Positions 59,595 through 63,553 of a stretch of DNA of 63,553 nt are shown here, piece by piece. Within the stretch, counting starts at the first letter, position 1. Each line of letters begins with the position of its first letter. Source of the stretch: Aliivibrio sp. (GTDB taxonomy: Bacteria > Pseudomonadota > Gammaproteobacteria > Enterobacterales > Vibrionaceae); NCBI GenBank assembly GCA_024206155.1, contig JAAGZR010000662.1:1-63553 (forward strand), given 5' to 3'. The notes under the pieces are model-generated. The model had not been told where the DNA came from. It searched no databases and saw nothing but the letters and a program-made list of their open reading frames with translations. A program made the translations under genes and the position numbers.

Positions 59595-62500
59595 GATAAA
59601 CTTTCTATTTGAAAAATACTTTCACCTGCCGGCACATTTACAGTTCCCGCACCACCAAGTCTAATACAAGTAATTGTTAAAACATCTCCAGCACTTAAAT
59701 CTAAAATTTCTGACAAACATGAAGAAGATTCGTTATGCCCACTTCCATTTCTAATATAGTTATGAGCAGACCTTCCTCTTTGTTCAACTCCATTGATTGC
59801 CCACCTAAACAAAACATTAGTTCTTGAAGCATTGGAAGTCAAAAAGAAATTAAAATCTAATCTAAACCTTCCTCCCGTAACAAAAGTAAGACCATTAGAA
59901 GCAACAGTTATGTCAGCTCCATAATCATTAATTAGAGAAGAAGTATCGAAACCCGAAAAAGTCAAAGTTGTGTTAGAATTAATATTGTTCGCAAAAACAT
60001 TAGTAAGTTTTAAAATTTTTGGGACAGCACCTGAAGGACCGGTCAAATTACCTTGAAGGCTCCAAACACCTCCTGATTTAGTATAGTAATTTCCAGTATT
60101 ATTATCTAAATAAAAATCTCCATCGTTACCCAAGGTATTAGCGGGAACCCCACTACCAGTTCTAACTTGAGCAATTCCATCAGTTCCTGGAAGTCCTTGA
60201 TCTCCTTGCTCTCCTTTAAGCCCAGTAATTGTTTTAGTAATTTCTACTTCAAAAGTAACGGTATGAGCAGCACCTCCAGCAGCTAAACAAATAACATTTA
60301 AAAAATCATTTGCATTTAAAGACACAGGGCTAGATAAATTATCGACATAGGTTAGACTTACAGGTTTAATTGTTGAATGAACTGAAACACCATTATTGTA
60401 AATGTCCCAGGTTCCATTTGTAACACCTGCAGACGAAATGCCGACTGATACAAGTTTACAATCTTCAGTAATTACAACACCCATGGTGTTAATAGTTGAG
60501 CCGTTACCCAATGCAAGCTTCCCGCCTGAAGCTGTGCTTCTTTCAGCCACAAAAGATTTTCTATAAGTAAAAGTAGAACTAACTAAAGAGTCAGGTTCCC
60601 ATTCGTTATCAGTACTATTCCACCTTAAAATATCACCACTAGTAGGAGGGTTCGTAACTGTATCTACATCTGAATGGGTATTAATCGACAAACTAGCACT
60701 AACCTTAGCGTTGTTAATAGCAACGTCGCTTTCGAGTGTATCCAAATCAACCGGCTGAGTAACCGAAATAAAATCTACTTTATCTAATTGGCTTTGTGTT
60801 GAAAATTTATTGGTAGTGGTACTGTCATCGATGTCGTCTGCATCTAGCACTACAACACCCGTTTGTCCATTAACCGAGGTGACTCCAGAAGGTGACTGAG
60901 CCTCCGGTTTAAATGTCCCTGAAATAGAATCGTAAACTAGAATATCATCATTTGATAGTCCGGTAAGATCTACGTCTGAATGAGTTCCAATAGATCCATC
61001 GGCACTTACCTTGGCGTTGTTTGCAGTGACATCTGTTTCTATTGTATCCAAATCAACAGCTTGTGTGACCGTTAGAAAATCCACCTTATCAAGCTGACTT
61101 TGCGTTGCGTACTTATTAGTTGTAGTAGCATCATCAATATCGTCAGCATCTAAGACTACCACTCCAGTCTGTCCATTAACCGAATCTACAGCACCTGAGG
61201 GAGCAGGCTCTGGTTTAAATGTGGAAGTTCCAGAATCATAGACTAAAATGTCATTATCTGATAACCCTGTCAAATCAACGTCAGAATGGGTGCCTATTGA
61301 CCCGCTTGCGCTAACCTTAGCATTATTAGCTGCAACATCGCTTTCTAGTGTATCTAAATCAACTGCTTGAGTTACTGTCAAAAAATCAATTTTATCTAAT
61401 TGAGATTGTGTAGCGTATTTGTTAGTTGTAGTTGAGTCATCAATGTCATCAGCATCGAGAACTACAGCTCCGGTCTGTCCATTAACTGAAGTAACATCAG
61501 ATGGAGGAGCAGCTTCAGGCTTAAAAGTAGAAGTACCTGAATCATATACTAATATATCATTGTCCGCTAATCCAGTAAGATCCACATCAGAGTGAGTTCC
61601 AATTGACCCTGAAGCACTAACTTTAGCGTTGTTTGTAGTGACATCACTTTCAATAGTATCAAGATCTACAGGCTGTGTAACCGTTAAAAAATCAACTTTG
61701 TCTAATTGGCTTTGCGTTGCAAACTTATTAGTTGTAGTAGAGTCTCCTATATCATCGGCATCTAAAACAACAACTCCTACTTTTAAGTTTACAGAGCTTA
61801 CAGGAGCTGAAGGAACAGGTTCTGGTTTAAATGTTGAAGTAACAGAGTCATATATTAAAATATCGTTATCAGCCAAACCAGTAAGGTCTACGTCTGAGTG
61901 GGTGTCAATCGAACCACTAGCACTAACTTTAGCATTGTTAGCAGTAACATCTGTTTCTAAAGTATCAAGGTCTACGGATTGTGTAATCGTAAGAAAATCA
62001 ACCTTGTCTAACTGGCTTTGATCTGCAAACTTATTAGTCGTAGTTGTATCGTCTATATCGTCAGCATCTAAAACAACTACACCAGTCTGACTATTAACTG
62101 AAGTTACTGGTGCGCTTGCTGGAGCTTCCGGTATAAAATTGCCACTAACAGAATCATAAACCAAAATATCATTATCAGCTAAGCCTGTTAGGTCTACGTC
62201 TGAGTGAGTATCGATAGACCCGTCAGCACTTACTTTAGCCGTGTTAGCAACGACATCTGTATTATTAGAAACTTCTGTGTCAAAATCACTAATTGTTGAA
62301 GCCGTTTGAGTTCCAGTATGGTTTGCCCGATTTCTATCGCTTGAATGAAAATGAAGTGAGCTATCCCCACCGTCGGTAAGGTCTGTAGCATCAACATCTG
62401 AAATATTATTTACTTCAGCTAGAGCTTCTATACCATTTAATTTAGTTCTTTCAGCGTTAGTTATTATCTCACCCGATCCTGCACTTGTAACATCATTGTG

Positions 62501-63553
62501 CGTTGTTACAGGACCATCGGCACTTACTTTGGCGTTGTTTGCAGTGACATCACTTTCTAATGTGTCTAAATCTACAGACTGCGTAACAGTAAGAAAATCG
62601 ATTTTATCTAATTGTCCTTGTGTAGCATATTTGTTAGTTGTGGTGGAGTCATCTATATCGTCAGCGTCTAATATTACAGTTCCAGTCTGTCCGTTTACTG
62701 AATCTACTGCACCAGAAGGAGCAGGTTCAGGCTTAAATGTAGAAGTTCCAGAATCGTAAACAAGAATGTCATTATTAGCTAGGCCGGTTAAATCAACATC
62801 TGAATGAGTGTCTATAGAGCCACTTGCGCTAACTTTAGCATTATTAGTAGCAACATCACTTTCTAAGGTATCAAGATCTACATTTTGAGTGACTGTTAAA
62901 AAGTCTACTTTGTCTAGCTGTGCTTGTGTAGCATATTTATTTGTTGCTGTACTATCATCTATATCATCAGTGTCTAGTACAACTGTTCCAGTTTGCCCAT
63001 TAACGGAATCTACGGGAGCCGGAATTATACTAGAAGTATAGGCTATTTCATTTACCGTTGATCCATCATCCCAATAGGGCTTATTAGATTGGTCTTGTGC
63101 ATTGTGTAGTGTTCCGGCTGCTCTAGACAAAGCATTAATATCTGCTAGATTTTTTCCTCTGCAATTAATTGCAAAACTTACCGGAATGCCAGAACTATTG
63201 TCGGTGCCAGTAAGAGTTGAGCCCGCAACATTAAAATCAACATTTAGCAAACTATATAAAGCTGTGCCGGTTTTATTTATAATCCCAACAGCCCCCGGCG
63301 TAAACGGACTTCTTATGTGCGTGTTGCTAATCACTAGACTTGTAAAGCCAAGGCTAGGCTGAGAGGAAATGATTGTAGGCGTGATTGTATCTCTAATTTC
63401 TACGTAAGACGCCCCAGAAAATTGCAAACTCGAATTTACTACGGTTCTGTCGATTATCATTCCTTGAGCTGAATTACTTAATACGTCAGAAATTGTAGAA
63501 TCTTTTATATAAATGAATCCTAAAATATTTGTGCCATTCAAAGAAATATCTTC
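59591..63553 (-). CDS. C-terminal part of the 1814-aa fibre/adhesin with seven ~102-aa repeats
   Basis: Repeated V(D/T/S)SVNGQTG.VVLDADDIDD...THSDVDLTGL..NDILVYDS unit; short collagen-like GLKGEQGDQGLPG; G.DGDFYLD motif. Confidence 0.85.
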   Translation of the reverse strand, partial: EDISLNGTNILGFIYIKDSTISDVLSNSAQGMIIDRTVVNSSLQFSGASYVEIRDTITPTIISSQPSLGFTSLVISNTHIRSPFTPGAVGIINKTGTALYSLLNVDFNVAGSTLTGTDNSSGIPVSFAINCRGKNLADINALSRAAGTLHNAQDQSNKPYWDDGSTVNEIAYTSSIIPAPVDSVNGQTGTVVLDTDDIDDSTATNKYATQAQLDKVDFLTVTQNVDLDTLESDVATNNAKVSASGSIDTHSDVDLTGLANNDILVYDSGTSTFKPEPAPSGAVDSVNGQTGTVILDADDIDDSTTTNKYATQGQLDKIDFLTVTQSVDLDTLESDVTANNAKVSADGPVTTHNDVTSAGSGEIITNAERTKLNGIEALAEVNNISDVDATDLTDGGDSSLHFHSSDRNRANHTGTQTASTISDFDTEVSNNTDVVANTAKVSADGSIDTHSDVDLTGLADNDILVYDSVSGNFIPEAPASAPVTSVNSQTGVVVLDADDIDDTTTTNKFADQSQLDKVDFLTITQSVDLDTLETDVTANNAKVSASGSIDTHSDVDLTGLADNDILIYDSVTSTFKPEPVPSAPVSSVNLKVGVVVLDADDIGDSTTTNKFATQSQLDKVDFLTVTQPVDLDTIESDVTTNNAKVSASGSIGTHSDVDLTGLADNDILVYDSGTSTFKPEAAPPSDVTSVNGQTGAVVLDADDIDDSTTTNKYATQSQLDKIDFLTVTQAVDLDTLESDVAANNAKVSASGSIGTHSDVDLTGLSDNDILVYDSGTSTFKPEPAPSGAVDSVNGQTGVVVLDADDIDDATTTNKYATQSQLDKVDFLTVTQAVDLDTIETDVTANNAKVSADGSIGTHSDVDLTGLSNDDILVYDSISGTFKPEAQSPSGVTSVNGQTGVVVLDADDIDDSTTTNKFSTQSQLDKVDFISVTQPVDLDTLESDVAINNAKVSASLSINTHSDVDTVTNPPTSGDILRWNSTDNEWEPDSLVSSTFTYRKSFVAERSTASGGKLALGNGSTINTMGVVITEDCKLVSVGISSAGVTNGTWDIYNNGVSVHSTIKPVSLTYVDNLSSPVSLNANDFLNVICLAAGGAAHTVTFEVEITKTITGLKGEQGDQGLPGTDGIAQVRTGSGVPANTLGNDGDFYLDNNTGNYYTKSGGVWSLQGNLTGPSGAVPKILKLTNVFANNINSNTTLTFSGFDTSSLINDYGADITVASNGLTFVTGGRFRLDFNFFLTSNASRTNVLFRWAINGVEQRGRSAHNYIRNGSGHNESSSCLSEILDLSAGDVLTITCIRLGGAGTVNVPAGESIFQIESLS
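63413..63553. repeat. Terminal overlap, identical to 1-141
   Basis: Direct sequence comparison. Confidence 0.95.

Overview
This window is an apparently complete, circularly assembled ~63.4 kb dsDNA tailed-phage genome with podovirus-like organisation. Bases 1-141 are identical to 63413-63553. The + strand (~5.3-28.6 kb) carries early/host-takeover, nucleotide-metabolism (dut, class II nrdJ, thyX), replication (family A polymerase, AEP primase, DinG-like helicase, RuvC-like, ERF) and chaperonin (GroEL plus a probable remote GroES) genes. The - strand (28.7 kb, through the junction, to ~3.9 kb) carries terminase, portal, scaffold, capsid, fibres, tail and ejection-type proteins. No integrase, reverse transcriptase, cas gene or tRNA was recognised. 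Two things are missed entirely by the ORF track. (1) The ~500-nt non-coding leader of the early region (4790-5270) holds three hammerhead ribozymes (two type II, one type III) interleaved with further stem-loops, behind a sigma28-like promoter; the last ribozyme overlaps the first gene's SD. (2) Six translationally coupled 27-56 aa Ser/Arg/Trp/Gly-rich peptides sharing an MK(A/R)(L/M)NN(H/Y) leader sit in two arrays (12091-12386 and 25116-25673). Also notable are a T3-like SAM lyase, a Leu762 PolA, a Zn-ribbon insertion in TerL and an 1814-aa repeat fibre spanning the junction. All calls come from visual motif recognition and hand base-pairing; no database search or folding program was run.
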